From Planctomycetota bacterium (lineage in GTDB: Bacteria; Planctomycetota; UBA8108; SXIK01): DNA of 64,000 bases. Below are positions 9,179 to 19,002 of this stretch, one piece after another (within the stretch, counting starts at the first letter, position 1; every line of letters begins with the position of its first letter). The notes beneath the pieces are model-generated. The model had not been told where the DNA came from, made no database searches, and saw nothing but the letters and a program-made list of their open reading frames with translations. The DNA lies in the NCBI GenBank assembly GCA_965223845.1, contig CBDCXR010000004.1, positions 4,800,001 to 4,864,000 of the forward strand, written 5' to 3'. The position numbers were made by a program, and so were the translations under genes.

Positions 9179-12100
9179 ACACGAACTCTCCGAGGCTCAT
9201 GAGCACCTGACAGAAGTCGGCGAGAGCCGGTCGCTCGGCTTCGCTCGCGTAGGTCTTTCGTTGCGCCGCTAGAAACGAGACGGCGCGATCGTGTTCCGCC
9301 GGCGTCGGAGCGCGCGAGAGCGCGATCCGGTACGCGCGCGCGACGACCTCGGCGTCGGTCGCGGTCGGATTCGCGTCGAGCAATCGGTTCGCAAAGGCTT
9401 CGGCCGAGCGCCGGATCTCGTCGCCGTTCATGAGGAGAAGCGCCTGAGGCGCCGTGGTCGTCACCGCGCGAACCGGAAGACTGACGAGCGCCTGCGGCGC
9501 GTCGAACACCTGCAGCATCGCCACGAGCCGGCTCCGCTTCACCGTGAAGTAGAGGCTGCGCCGACGATGGTTCGGGTCGAGCGTTCCCGGTCCGAAGAGC
9601 GTCCGATCGAGCCGGCCCGATACGGCGAGGAAGAGATCGCGAATCGCTTCGGCCTCGAGCCGACGAGGCGAGAACCGCCAGTAGAACCGATTGTCGGGAT
9701 CGAGCCGGAAGTTCTCATCGACGAAGGTCGACGATTGCCGAAACGTCTGGCTCGTAAGGATGATCCGGTGAATGTGACGGAGATCCCAGCCGCTTTGCAC
9801 GAGCTCCGTGGCGAGCCATTCGAGGAGCTCGGGATGACTCGGTCGTTCGCCCTGCCGGCCGAAGTCGTTCGGCGTCGCGACGAGCCCCCTCCCCATGTGG
9901 TGCTGCCAGACGCGATTCACCGCGACTCGCGCGAGAAGCGCGCCGGCGCCGTGCTCGACGTCCGTGATCCAGTTGGCGAAGGATCGTCGCCGGTAGGACG
10001 TTCGCGCGCCCTCGGGAGGGGATTCCCGCCACCGATCCTCTCGCACCACAGGATCGGTGAGCACGGAAAGAAAGCCCGGCTCCGCTACGCCATCCTTCTG
10101 ATCCGTGTCTCCACGCTTCAGGAAGTACGTCTGGTCGAAGAAATCGGCGCCTTGCGTGTGGTGACGCATCGGCTTCACTCCCTCGGAGCACACCATCATC
10201 TTCGTCGTCGATGGCTTAGGTGCCCCTTCGAGATGCGCGTCGACCGCGCGCTTCAGCTCGAGCCAACGCTCGTCGCGCTCTCGGTACCAGTTCGCGAGCG
10301 CGTCCCGCGTCGCCTTCTCGAGCGACGTGAGCGCGGCTCCGTCCCGGAGCTCGCGCAGCCCCCGAGCCACCGCATCCGGAATGCCGTCCCCTTCGAGCGG
10401 AAGGGTTCCGGAGAGCGTCGTGACCGCGATCCGCGGGCGCCCGATGTTGTGGCGATGGTTCACCGTAAACTCGAGCTCGATGCTCAGCGTCGTTCCGCTT
10501 TCGAACCCGACGGGGCGATCGAACTCGAACACCGCCGAGTGGTTCTTTCCAAACTGCGGATCGACGGCCCAGCCGCTCCGCGGATCGTCGTCGAGCGATG
10601 CCGCGAGCGCGAGGTTCCCGCCGTTCTGCTCGAACGTTGCGCGCGGACGAACGAGCGTCACGACTTGAGGCGTTCCCGCTGCCGCCTCGACGGGCGCGGC
10701 GGTAACGCGGATGGATCCGAGACCGATGTTTCCGTTGGCGGCTCTTCCCGGTCCGCCCTTCACTAGCGAGGGGTGCGAGAGCGCTTCGAGACGCAGCGCA
10801 CGGATTCCCTGAAGATTCGTTCGAGCGACGAGCGTGTAGACGTCAAACTCGGGGTTCTTCCCCTCGGCGAGAAGCGACCCGTCTTCGAGCGCGCGCAGAG
10901 TCGCGCCGCCCTTCGACACCGCCGTTTCCCACTGAAGAACGCTCCACGCGCCCTCGGCGGCCGCGCGCTTCGCGTCGTCCGCGAGCCAGCGCTCGAAGCG
11001 CACCGGGAGCTCGCTCTCCTCGAAGTCGCGTAGCGCCGACACGAACGGCGCGTGCTTCGCGTCGAATTCCTCCTTCTCGCGGCGATACTCTTCGGGTGCG
11101 AGGTTGACGTCGATCTCGCTGCGAACCGTCGTCGTAAACGTCGCGAGCATGCGGTAGTAGTCGCGCGTCGGGATCGGGTCGAACTTGTGATCGTGACAGC
11201 GCGCGCAACCGACCGTGAGCCCGAGGAAGGCCGATGACGCGGTCGACAGCATGTCGTCGAGTGCGTCGTAGCGGGTCCGTTCCACCTCCTTTTGGGTGAT
11301 CTGCGTCGGGAACACTCCGGCGCCGAGAAACCCCGTCGCCATCATCGCGAGAGGCTCGCCCGGTGCGAACTCATCCCCGGCGAGTTGCCAGCGGACAAAC
11401 TGATCGTAGGGAAGGTTTTCGTAGAGCGCCCGAATCACGAAGTCGCGGTAGTGATACGCGTGCTTCCGATCGTAGTCATGCTCGAATCCGTGGCTCTCGG
11501 CGAAGCGCGCGACATCGAGCCAGTGTCGAGCCCAACGTTCACCGTGCGCCGGACTCGCAAGGAGTCGATCGACGATCTCCCGGTACCGCAGCTCCGAGGG
11601 ATCGCGCACGAACTCCTCGAGCTCACCGGGAGTGGGAGGCAGTCCGGTGAGGTCGAGATAGAGCCGCCGGAGAAGTACGCGCGGCGAGGCCGGATCGCTT
11701 CGCCCGACGCTATGGTCTCGCTGCGCAGAGACAACGAAGGCATCGATCGGATGGTCTCCCGCGCCATCGACTCGCGGCGGCGCGACGGCACGCAATCGAG
11801 AGAACGACCACCAGTCGCGATCGCGGTCGCTGACGAACGACGCCGCGCCGCCCGGTCCTTCGCCGACGAGTGGCGAGTCGTAAGGCGCACCGAGATCGAT
11901 CCACCGACCGATCCACTCGACCGTGTCCTGCGGAAGCGGCGCCTCCCGGTGCGGCATGAATGGCTCTTCTCGTCGCGCGACGAGTCGGTAGAGAAGACTC
12001 TGCTCACGATCGCCGGGGCGCACGGCCGGTCCGGATCGGCCGCCGCTCAAGAGGCCGCTCCGCGTCGAGAGGTCAAAGTCCGCTCGTTTCTTTCCTCCGC

Positions 12101-12320
12101 CGTGACAACCGAGGCAGCGATCGACGAGAACCGAGCGGAGCTTCGCCTTGAAGAGTCGTGCGCCGGCGGCCATGCGCTCGGCGTGGTCCGGAGGGACGTT
12201 CACCTCCGGCGGAGTCTCTTCCGCGAGAACGGCGAACGGAAGAACGATCCACTGAACCGTGAGCGCCCCGCGGAGGAGGAGCCGGCAAACGCGAGGCGGC
12301 GTCCGTAGCGTCATTTCCAT
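9168..12320 (-). CDS. Planctomycete cytochrome c + DUF1549/DUF1553 (PSD1) protein
   Basis: CLGCH and CARCHDHKFDP heme motifs, HPIDAF, GERWARHWLDVARFAES, RVAVNRVWQHHMGRGLV, PSHPELLEWLA; overlaps DUF1501 start; start position uncertain (12314-12440). Confidence 0.93.
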   Translation of the reverse strand: MEMTLRTPPRVCRLLLRGALTVQWIVLPFAVLAEETPPEVNVPPDHAERMAAGARLFKAKLRSVLVDRCLGCHGGGKKRADFDLSTRSGLLSGGRSGPAVRPGDREQSLLYRLVARREEPFMPHREAPLPQDTVEWIGRWIDLGAPYDSPLVGEGPGGAASFVSDRDRDWWSFSRLRAVAPPRVDGAGDHPIDAFVVSAQRDHSVGRSDPASPRVLLRRLYLDLTGLPPTPGELEEFVRDPSELRYREIVDRLLASPAHGERWARHWLDVARFAESHGFEHDYDRKHAYHYRDFVIRALYENLPYDQFVRWQLAGDEFAPGEPLAMMATGFLGAGVFPTQITQKEVERTRYDALDDMLSTASSAFLGLTVGCARCHDHKFDPIPTRDYYRMLATFTTTVRSEIDVNLAPEEYRREKEEFDAKHAPFVSALRDFEESELPVRFERWLADDAKRAAAEGAWSVLQWETAVSKGGATLRALEDGSLLAEGKNPEFDVYTLVARTNLQGIRALRLEALSHPSLVKGGPGRAANGNIGLGSIRVTAAPVEAAAGTPQVVTLVRPRATFEQNGGNLALAASLDDDPRSGWAVDPQFGKNHSAVFEFDRPVGFESGTTLSIELEFTVNHRHNIGRPRIAVTTLSGTLPLEGDGIPDAVARGLRELRDGAALTSLEKATRDALANWYRERDERWLELKRAVDAHLEGAPKPSTTKMMVCSEGVKPMRHHTQGADFFDQTYFLKRGDTDQKDGVAEPGFLSVLTDPVVREDRWRESPPEGARTSYRRRSFANWITDVEHGAGALLARVAVNRVWQHHMGRGLVATPNDFGRQGERPSHPELLEWLATELVQSGWDLRHIHRIILTSQTFRQSSTFVDENFRLDPDNRFYWRFSPRRLEAEAIRDLFLAVSGRLDRTLFGPGTLDPNHRRRSLYFTVKRSRLVAMLQVFDAPQALVSLPVRAVTTTAPQALLLMNGDEIRRSAEAFANRLLDANPTATDAEVVARAYRIALSRAPTPAEHDRAVSFLAAQRKTYASEAERPALADFCQVLMSLGEFVYVR

Positions 12321-12784
12321 CGTCACTCGACAACAACACGCAAACGACGCGACCGAGCTCGACGGCGCCCCGAGGCGTGCTGGCCGCGAAGGACATTGTA
12401 TCGCGGCGTGGAGACTTGAGGAGTCTGGGCACGGGTCCACAGCGCCCCCAAACGCAGCGCCGCTCGGTCATCGCGGCCGGTGTCATCGACTCCCGAGCGC
12501 TCGAAGCAGCTCGCGAGCGGACGGCGGCTACCGAGGCGCGCGAGATTTGGAGAGATCGCGTCGACGCAAGGAGCCGGCGGCCGTCGTGCTACCGGTCAAG
12601 AGCGTCCAAACCATACGCGTGCGCGCTTCGTGCGACGATCAGCTGCTCCTGGGCACACGGATTCGTTCGGAAGAAACGCTCTCGATGCGCATCGTCGAGA
12701 GGCGGGGCGTCGGGCTCTGCGGGAGATCACGGATCTGATCGCCGCCGTTCTCTCCCACCCGAGCGAAGGTCTTAACCGACGTCC

Positions 12785-13660
12785 CTAGAGCGTGCAGGTG
12801 TCCTGGCAGAACGAGCCGCAGCAGGTGTTGTACACGCACGTCGGAACCCACCAGCAGATTCCCCACCAGCAGACGCGGATCACCGTGTCGTCCCGAACTT
12901 GAATGCAAGTCGGCACCTGGGGTCCACAGAGCCGAACATCCGGACATTCATCGCTCTTCCGGCGGACGGTATCGTGCTGCTCCGCGAGCGCGGCCCACGG
13001 GCAGCCGGCGTTCTCCGCCCTCTCGAGCTCGATCGTGAGCCGAGGCTCCGGGGCATCCCCGACTCCGCGGGCGATCTGGAGTCCGCGCACGACGTCCGAG
13101 AGGTCGAGCGTACCGTCGCGGGTAGCATCGGCTCCGAGGAAACACTCCGGTGTCGGTCCGCCAGAGTAGAGGTACTCGAGCGTCGAGATCGCGTCGGCAA
13201 AGTCGACATCGAGATCTCCGTCCGCGTCGCCCGGCCGGTAGGGAGTCGTCGCCGCGACGAGCTCCGCCTCGAGGTCGGCCGCGAGAGTGCGAAGCGAATC
13301 GAGCCGTTCGGCGAGCTCGACAAGCTTCGCCGGCGGCTCTCGACCCTCGTTCTCGAAGAAGTCATGGATCGTTTCGAACTCGAAGTGCTCGAGGCGCGAT
13401 GCTGCCGAGGCCACCAGCCGTCCGGACGCTCGCGGGTCGCTCTCGAGGTGTTCCGCGGCCTCGATGAGTGCGGCTTCGACCTGATCGAATCGCTCCGCGA
13501 GAGCTGAGGCGTGCTGCTCGAGCACGGCCGCCGAATCTCGGAGCCCGTTCCGGCTCGAAGGCTCCTCAGCGGCGCGGAGCGCCGGCGATACGAGCGCGAG
13601 GACGAGACTGGCGATGGCGACGTTCGCGGCACGAGTCAGCGGATCGATGGACCTTCGCAC
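12785..13660 (-). CDS. Secreted protein: helical region, dockerin-like domain, Cys/Trp-rich C-terminal peptide
   Basis: GTG at 13660 after GGGAGA; signal VAIASLVLALVSPALRA; PGDADGDLDVDFAD..ADATRDGTLDLSD; last 56 aa contain 10 Cys. Confidence 0.8.
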   Translation of the reverse strand: MRRSIDPLTRAANVAIASLVLALVSPALRAAEEPSSRNGLRDSAAVLEQHASALAERFDQVEAALIEAAEHLESDPRASGRLVASAASRLEHFEFETIHDFFENEGREPPAKLVELAERLDSLRTLAADLEAELVAATTPYRPGDADGDLDVDFADAISTLEYLYSGGPTPECFLGADATRDGTLDLSDVVRGLQIARGVGDAPEPRLTIELERAENAGCPWAALAEQHDTVRRKSDECPDVRLCGPQVPTCIQVRDDTVIRVCWWGICWWVPTCVYNTCCGSFCQDTCTL

Positions 13661-13858
13661 GGTGGATTCTCCCGAGAGTGCACTGCGAGATGACGCGGTC
13701 GAGCCGCGCCGTAGCCGGGAGAGCGCACGGATGCCCTCGAGAGACCGGCTCCTCCCCAGTAACTGCACGTCCACCGCCGGTCAGCTCATCCTGTTCCCGG
13801 TTTTCTCCGAATCCGGACGAAGAACGGAGGCACCGAGAACGGCCAGCCAGGCCCAGGC

Positions 13859-15655
13859 CTACTCGGGCGGTGCGAAGAGGAGCACGCGACCGCCGTCGTC
13901 GGTCCACTGTAGGAGCCCGACCAGGGCACCGTCGCGCCGCGAGACGACGACGCCTCCGTGCCACGATGGGTCGAGCGGCACGCTCGGCTCGAGTCGCCAG
14001 TGATCCGCTTCGACCGACGCGATCTGTCCGACCGCGAGTGGGAAGGGCATCCCCTGCGGATCGGCGACGACGAGCGCGTCCTCCGCGTTCGCCGGGGTGC
14101 GGACGCGCACTCGCGGCCACGGCGTGATCGCCGGCAGCGTCGACGCGAGCGGATAGTAGACGATGGCACCTTGGGCGCCGAGCGACTCCGGCGCGACGGG
14201 AAACTCCTCCCCCGCGATCGCGAGGCGGATCTCTCCGTCGATCGAGTCTTCGACCGGGGCGAAGAAATCGCCGAGACCGAGAAGCCCGCGATCGAACACG
14301 AGCACCCAAGCCTCGCGCTGACGCGCCGACTTCCACCCGACGTAGTTTCGCTCGCGCCAGCGAAGGGTGGCGCGCCGCGCATGCGGCAGCGCGACGCCGC
14401 CCGGAAGAAGACGATCGCCGACGGGGATCGGCGGCTCCCAGTCGTGCCAGTCTTTCGGCGGGCCGGCATCGAGAGTGAACGGATGCCCCGTGACGACGGA
14501 ATCTTCGTCGACGTTCGGGGTCGCGAATGCGACTCCACCCGCGATGACGGTCGCGAGCGACTCGAGGTCGAGCTTCACTCCCGAGATGCCGACGTCGACA
14601 TCGATACCGCTCACCGCCCAAAACCGCGTGTTTGGACGAACGAGTGCGCGGTACTGCGGCTCGACGTAGGCTCGAGCTTCGACGCGGGCGGCGTCCGAAG
14701 CGAGATTCACGGACGTGACGCGGCCGACGCGGATCCCGCGATACAAGACCGGAGAACCTCGCTCGAGCCCGAACCGGTCCTTCGCACGAAGAATGACCTC
14801 GAGGCCTCCCTCCGTCCGATCCAGCTCTGCCGGTGCCTCGTCGAGTCCCTCGAACTCGCGCCGCGGCTCGGCCGAGCTCGGCCCCGGCGCGACGGCGAGA
14901 AAACGACCGCCGACAAGCGTTTCGAGTCCGCGAATCTCGGTGATGCCGACGCGAGGACGCTCCACCCAGAACAGACTCCCGGCCCGCGCGATCGCGGTCG
15001 CGGTCTCGGCGAGGCGCACCGTGACGCTCACTGAGCCGAGGTCGCCGGCAAGGCGAACGTCGGTCACTTCGCCGACGACCATTCCGCGGTAGCGCAATTC
15101 GTCTCCGGCGGCGAGTCCGTAGGCTTCGCGGAAACGGATCGCGATGTCGACGACGCCGCTGTCGTCGAGAGCCGGCGCACGCTCGAGACCCACGAACTCC
15201 GAGCGCGGCGGTCCTCCGGCCGGACCCGGCAGCACGCCGACGTACTTCGCGCCGATCGCCGTCTCGAGCGCGCGCACACCCTTCAAACTGAACTGCGGCC
15301 TCTCGATCCAGAAGCGGGAGCCTTCACGCGCGAGTCGTTCGGCATTCGGAACGAGCGAAATCGCGACGATCACCGTCGCGGCATCGCCGGCGAGCTCGAC
15401 CGAGGAGACGGCGCCGACCTGGATCCCCCGGTACTCGACCGCGTCGCCTGCCTTGAGGCCGTGTCCTTCGGGAAACGTGACTCGAATCGGCACGCCGGCT
15501 TCGGGTCGCGCGAGAACGGTGAGCACGATCGCCGCGACCAGGCAAAGAAGCGCGACCCACCACGCGTGCGTCGTCAGCACTCGGAGGCCGCGCGGCGCGG
15601 GTCGAACCGCGGCGGCGGGAAACTCGGGTGCTGAGCTTTGCTCGTTCGAGCTCAT
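13859..15655 (-). CDS. PqiB/LetB-like multi-MCE (MlaD) protein
   Basis: N-terminal TM then three MCE repeats (GL..G..V/L.YRG..VG.V..V.L; SRFW/SLFW/TRFW); GGVAFATP. Confidence 0.92.
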   Translation of the reverse strand: MSSNEQSSAPEFPAAAVRPAPRGLRVLTTHAWWVALLCLVAAIVLTVLARPEAGVPIRVTFPEGHGLKAGDAVEYRGIQVGAVSSVELAGDAATVIVAISLVPNAERLAREGSRFWIERPQFSLKGVRALETAIGAKYVGVLPGPAGGPPRSEFVGLERAPALDDSGVVDIAIRFREAYGLAAGDELRYRGMVVGEVTDVRLAGDLGSVSVTVRLAETATAIARAGSLFWVERPRVGITEIRGLETLVGGRFLAVAPGPSSAEPRREFEGLDEAPAELDRTEGGLEVILRAKDRFGLERGSPVLYRGIRVGRVTSVNLASDAARVEARAYVEPQYRALVRPNTRFWAVSGIDVDVGISGVKLDLESLATVIAGGVAFATPNVDEDSVVTGHPFTLDAGPPKDWHDWEPPIPVGDRLLPGGVALPHARRATLRWRERNYVGWKSARQREAWVLVFDRGLLGLGDFFAPVEDSIDGEIRLAIAGEEFPVAPESLGAQGAIVYYPLASTLPAITPWPRVRVRTPANAEDALVVADPQGMPFPLAVGQIASVEADHWRLEPSVPLDPSWHGGVVVSRRDGALVGLLQWTDDGGRVLLFAPPE

Positions 15656-15656
15656 T

Positions 15657-16250
15657 TCAAGCTTCCTCTTCTTCCCAGATGGAACGCGGGTCGAACGCGA
15701 GCGATGCGAAAAGACTCATCGCGACGCACAAAGCGAAGGCGACGACACCGTAGCCGAATCGAAATTGAACGAGGTTTCCGAGCTTGACGAGCATCACGAG
15801 AAACGCAAGGAGGAGGACATCCATCATGCTCCACTTGCCGACGGTCTCCATGACGTGATACGTGAGTGCCTTGTGCTTCCTCCTGAGTAGACCGAGAAGA
15901 CTGAGCTCGAGGAGAAGCACGATCTTCCCGAGTGGAAATACGATCGAGAAGACGAGCACCACACCACCGACGAACCAGCTTCCGCTGCGAAGGAGATCGA
16001 CGGTGCCGGCGAGGATGCTCGACGCCGTGCGATGCCCGAGCTGTTCGACTTCGAGCACCGGAAGGAGAATCGCCGGCCAAAAGAGAACGAACGCACCGAC
16101 GGCGAACGCCGCGGTTCGCGCCGACGAAAGCTGCGCATCTCGTGGCAGCGGAATCGCGGCGCCGCAGCGAACGCAGTAGGCCCGTTCGCTCGGTGCGACG
16201 TCGCCGACGCGGTGGATGAGACCGCAGGAATGGCAGGCGTGATGGTTCAT
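15657..16250 (-). CDS. pqiA: Paraquat-inducible protein A (single-domain PqiA)
   Basis: CHSC..CVRC Zn-ribbon, FSIVFPLGK, GKWSMMDVLLLAFLVMLVKL; directly upstream of the MCE gene. Confidence 0.92.
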   Translation of the reverse strand: MNHHACHSCGLIHRVGDVAPSERAYCVRCGAAIPLPRDAQLSSARTAAFAVGAFVLFWPAILLPVLEVEQLGHRTASSILAGTVDLLRSGSWFVGGVVLVFSIVFPLGKIVLLLELSLLGLLRRKHKALTYHVMETVGKWSMMDVLLLAFLVMLVKLGNLVQFRFGYGVVAFALCVAMSLFASLAFDPRSIWEEEEA

Positions 16251-16597
16251 CGTTCGTGCCCGGAGCGGCGAAAGACTCCGCGGCGTGACCGAGATGCCAT
16301 GAACCGGGCGAACCGCCGCGCCCGTTTATCCTGAACTCTCTTCGATCCGACATCCATAAGGGGGCGCGTTCGATCCGTTGACTCCTCGGGCGTACCCAGC
16401 GCGTCCGGAGGCGGTTCGTTCACGCGCACGCCGCCCGATGGGTCGTGCGTTTCGGGCAGCATGCAGGTTTCCTCGAGGGGAGTACAGGGGCAATCTCGGA
16501 CCAAAGCCGCCGGCGTCGGTGACGCCTTTCGTACCGTCTTTCGACCCCCGTTCTTGGTCGCTGATCTTCTCGGGGTCGATGGATATCGGTGCGGGCT

Positions 16598-18205
16598 TCA
16601 GACCTGAAACACGCCGAGCCCAGAGGCCTCGGCGGGCGCCGCGCGCGTCGCGAGCTCGAGCAGGTGCGCGAGCACGGCACGCGTCTCACGCGGGTCGATG
16701 ATCGCGTCGACCCAGAGCCGCGCGGCGGCGTAGTACGGCGAAACGGTCTCGTCGTACTTCGAGCGGATGCGTTCGAGGATCTCGGCTTCGCCCTCGGCCT
16801 CGAGCTCGGCACCGAGCTTCTTTCGCTCGATGCTGAGGATCGTCTCCGCCGCCTGCTCGCCGCCCATGACGCCGATGCGCGCCGATGGCCAAGCGACCAT
16901 GAAGCGCGGAGCAAACGCACGACCGCAAAGCGCGTAGTTCCCCGCGCCGTAGCTGTTCCCGACGACGAGAGTGATCTTCGGCACCGTCGTGTTGCTGACC
17001 GCGCTCACGAGCTTCGCACCGTCCTTGATGATGCCGCCCTGCTCCGCACGCGTTCCGACCATGAACCCCGTAACATCCTGCACGAAAAGGAGCGGGATCT
17101 TCTTCTGCGTGCAGCTCAGCACGAACCGCGCGGCCTTCGCCGCAGAATCGGAATAGATCACCCCGCCGATTTGCATCTCGCCCGCACCCGTTCGAGTCGT
17201 GAGGCGCTGGCTCGCGACCACGCCGACGACGTAGCCATCGATGCGCGCGGTTCCGGTGACGAGTGAACGACCGTACTCGGCCTTGAATTCCTCCCAAGAA
17301 CCGTCGTCGATCACGCAGCGAAGGAGATCACGGGCGTCGTAGGGCGCGCGGTGATCGGCGGGAAGGACGTCGAGAACTCCACCGGGTTCCTCGGCCGGAG
17401 CCATCGGAGCTTCACGCAAGAACCCGCCCGAGGGATCCGCGGGCCATTGCGCCGCGAGGCGACGAACGCGCTCGAGAGCGCTCGCGTCGTCCTCGTCCTC
17501 GTAGTCCGCCATGCCACTCAGGCGCATGTGTGTCGACGCGCCGCCGAGCGATTCTGCGTCCGCGTCTTCGCCGATGGCGGCTTTGACGAGATACGGACCT
17601 CCGAGAAAGATCCCGCTCGTTCCCTTCACCATCACGAGCTCGTCGCAGAGCGCGGGGATGTACGCGCCGCCGGCGACGCACGGCCCCATCACCGCGGCGA
17701 TCTGCGGGACGCCCGCCGCTGACAAGCGTGCGTTGTTGTAAAAGATACGCCCCGCGTGATCGCGGTCGGGAAACGACTCGTGCTGGAGCGGGAGGAAAAG
17801 TCCACCCGAGTCGACGAGGTAGATGATCGGGACGCGGTTCTCGAGTCCGATCTCCTGGGCACGAAGGATCTTTTTGATGGTGAGTGGAAACCACGTCCCG
17901 CTCTTCACCATCGAGTCGTTGGCGATCACGATCGCTGCGCGCCCGCTCACGCGTCCGGCGATGGTCCGAACGCCCGCCGCCGAGATGGTTCCGGCTTCGT
18001 CGTAGACCCCGGCCGCCGCGAGCGCCCCGATCTCGAATCGAGCTGCCTGTTCGTCGAAGAGCAGATCGAGCCGCTCGGGGATGGTCAGCTTTCCTTTCGA
18101 GTGTTGTCGTTCGACCGCCGATTCGCTGCGCACGGAGGTCGACTCTAGGAGTCGCTCCGCTAGCTCCGCGATTCTGTGCTCGTGCTGTTCTCTTCCGGTC
18201 GACAC
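16598..18205 (-). CDS. Acyl-CoA carboxylase carboxyltransferase (beta) subunit, methylcrotonyl-CoA carboxylase-like
   Basis: GKLTIPERLDLLFD, IYLVDSGG, MGPCVAGGAY, QDVTGFMVG, GNSYGAGNYALCGR, YAAARLWVDAIIDP; GTG start at 18205 after GGAG. Confidence 0.95.
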   Translation of the reverse strand: MSTGREQHEHRIAELAERLLESTSVRSESAVERQHSKGKLTIPERLDLLFDEQAARFEIGALAAAGVYDEAGTISAAGVRTIAGRVSGRAAIVIANDSMVKSGTWFPLTIKKILRAQEIGLENRVPIIYLVDSGGLFLPLQHESFPDRDHAGRIFYNNARLSAAGVPQIAAVMGPCVAGGAYIPALCDELVMVKGTSGIFLGGPYLVKAAIGEDADAESLGGASTHMRLSGMADYEDEDDASALERVRRLAAQWPADPSGGFLREAPMAPAEEPGGVLDVLPADHRAPYDARDLLRCVIDDGSWEEFKAEYGRSLVTGTARIDGYVVGVVASQRLTTRTGAGEMQIGGVIYSDSAAKAARFVLSCTQKKIPLLFVQDVTGFMVGTRAEQGGIIKDGAKLVSAVSNTTVPKITLVVGNSYGAGNYALCGRAFAPRFMVAWPSARIGVMGGEQAAETILSIERKKLGAELEAEGEAEILERIRSKYDETVSPYYAAARLWVDAIIDPRETRAVLAHLLELATRAAPAEASGLGVFQV

Positions 18206-18234
18206 GCCCGATTCGCTCCACTTTCTCGTCGGCG

Positions 18235-19002
18235 TCAATCGTCCCACTTCACGGTCTCGCGGCGCGCGAACGCATCGAGACCGCGGCGAGCGTCCTCGCT
18301 CGCAACGGCGCTTTCGAACTCGGCGCACGCGGCACTCAGATCGGCGTCGAGCGATCGTTGATCGAGCTGCGCGAGAAATTCGCGGGTGCGACGGGTCGCG
18401 TCCCGAGATCGCTGGTACACGAAGAGTCGCGCGTATTCTTCGGCCGCAGCGAGCGCCGGGATGTCCGGCACGAAGTCGACCAGTCCATCCGCGAGCGCGC
18501 TCTCGGCGTCGTAGGTACGCCCAGCCGCAGCGATCGCAGCGACTCGCGCGGCCGACAGGCGTCGCCTCAGCACGACCGATACGAGCGCCGGAACGAGACC
18601 CAGTCGAGTCTCGGGAAGGGCGAGCGACACGCCCGGTCCCGCCCATACGAGATCGGCGGCGAGCGCGAGCCCGAGTCCACCGCCGACCGCCGCACCGTCG
18701 AGCGCCGATAGAACGGGGATCGGCGAGCGAAGAACGGCGCGGTAGAGCGAGGCGAGCTCGTCGGCAAAGCGCGCCGCCACCGCGCGGTCTCCGAGCGAAA
18801 CGTCGCGGAGATCCATGCCGGCAGAAAACACCCGCGAGGTGCTCCCGAGGATGAGGATTCGGGCCGAGGAATTCGAGCCGGCGTCTTCGATCGCGGCGCG
18901 CGCCGCGCGGACCATGTCGAGCGTGAGCGCGTTGCGTTTACTCTCGCGGTCGAGAAGCACGCGCACTACGCCGTCCGACGATTGACACTGAATTCCGCTC
19001 AC
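18235..19002 (-). CDS. Enoyl-CoA hydratase/isomerase (crotonase family, methylglutaconyl-CoA hydratase-like)
   Basis: KRNAL, FSAGMDL, GAAVGGGLGLALAAD, LPETRLGLVPA. Confidence 0.92.
   Translation of the reverse strand: MSGIQCQSSDGVVRVLLDRESKRNALTLDMVRAARAAIEDAGSNSSARILILGSTSRVFSAGMDLRDVSLGDRAVAARFADELASLYRAVLRSPIPVLSALDGAAVGGGLGLALAADLVWAGPGVSLALPETRLGLVPALVSVVLRRRLSAARVAAIAAAGRTYDAESALADGLVDFVPDIPALAAAEEYARLFVYQRSRDATRRTREFLAQLDQRSLDADLSAACAEFESAVASEDARRGLDAFARRETVKWDD

Noticed and set aside
9291-12308. 491-aa and 338-aa + strand ORFs
   Set aside because: Antisense to the well-supported PSD1 gene, Arg-rich and motif-free
16247-16504. 85-aa ORF between the carboxyltransferase and pqiA
   Set aside because: No motif or convincing RBS; more likely promoter and terminator DNA (TCGACCCC/GGGGTCGA stem near 16541-16579)
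18206-18646. N-terminal extension of the carboxyltransferase ORF
   Set aside because: Overlaps the crotonase gene in another frame; homology-like sequence begins near 18205
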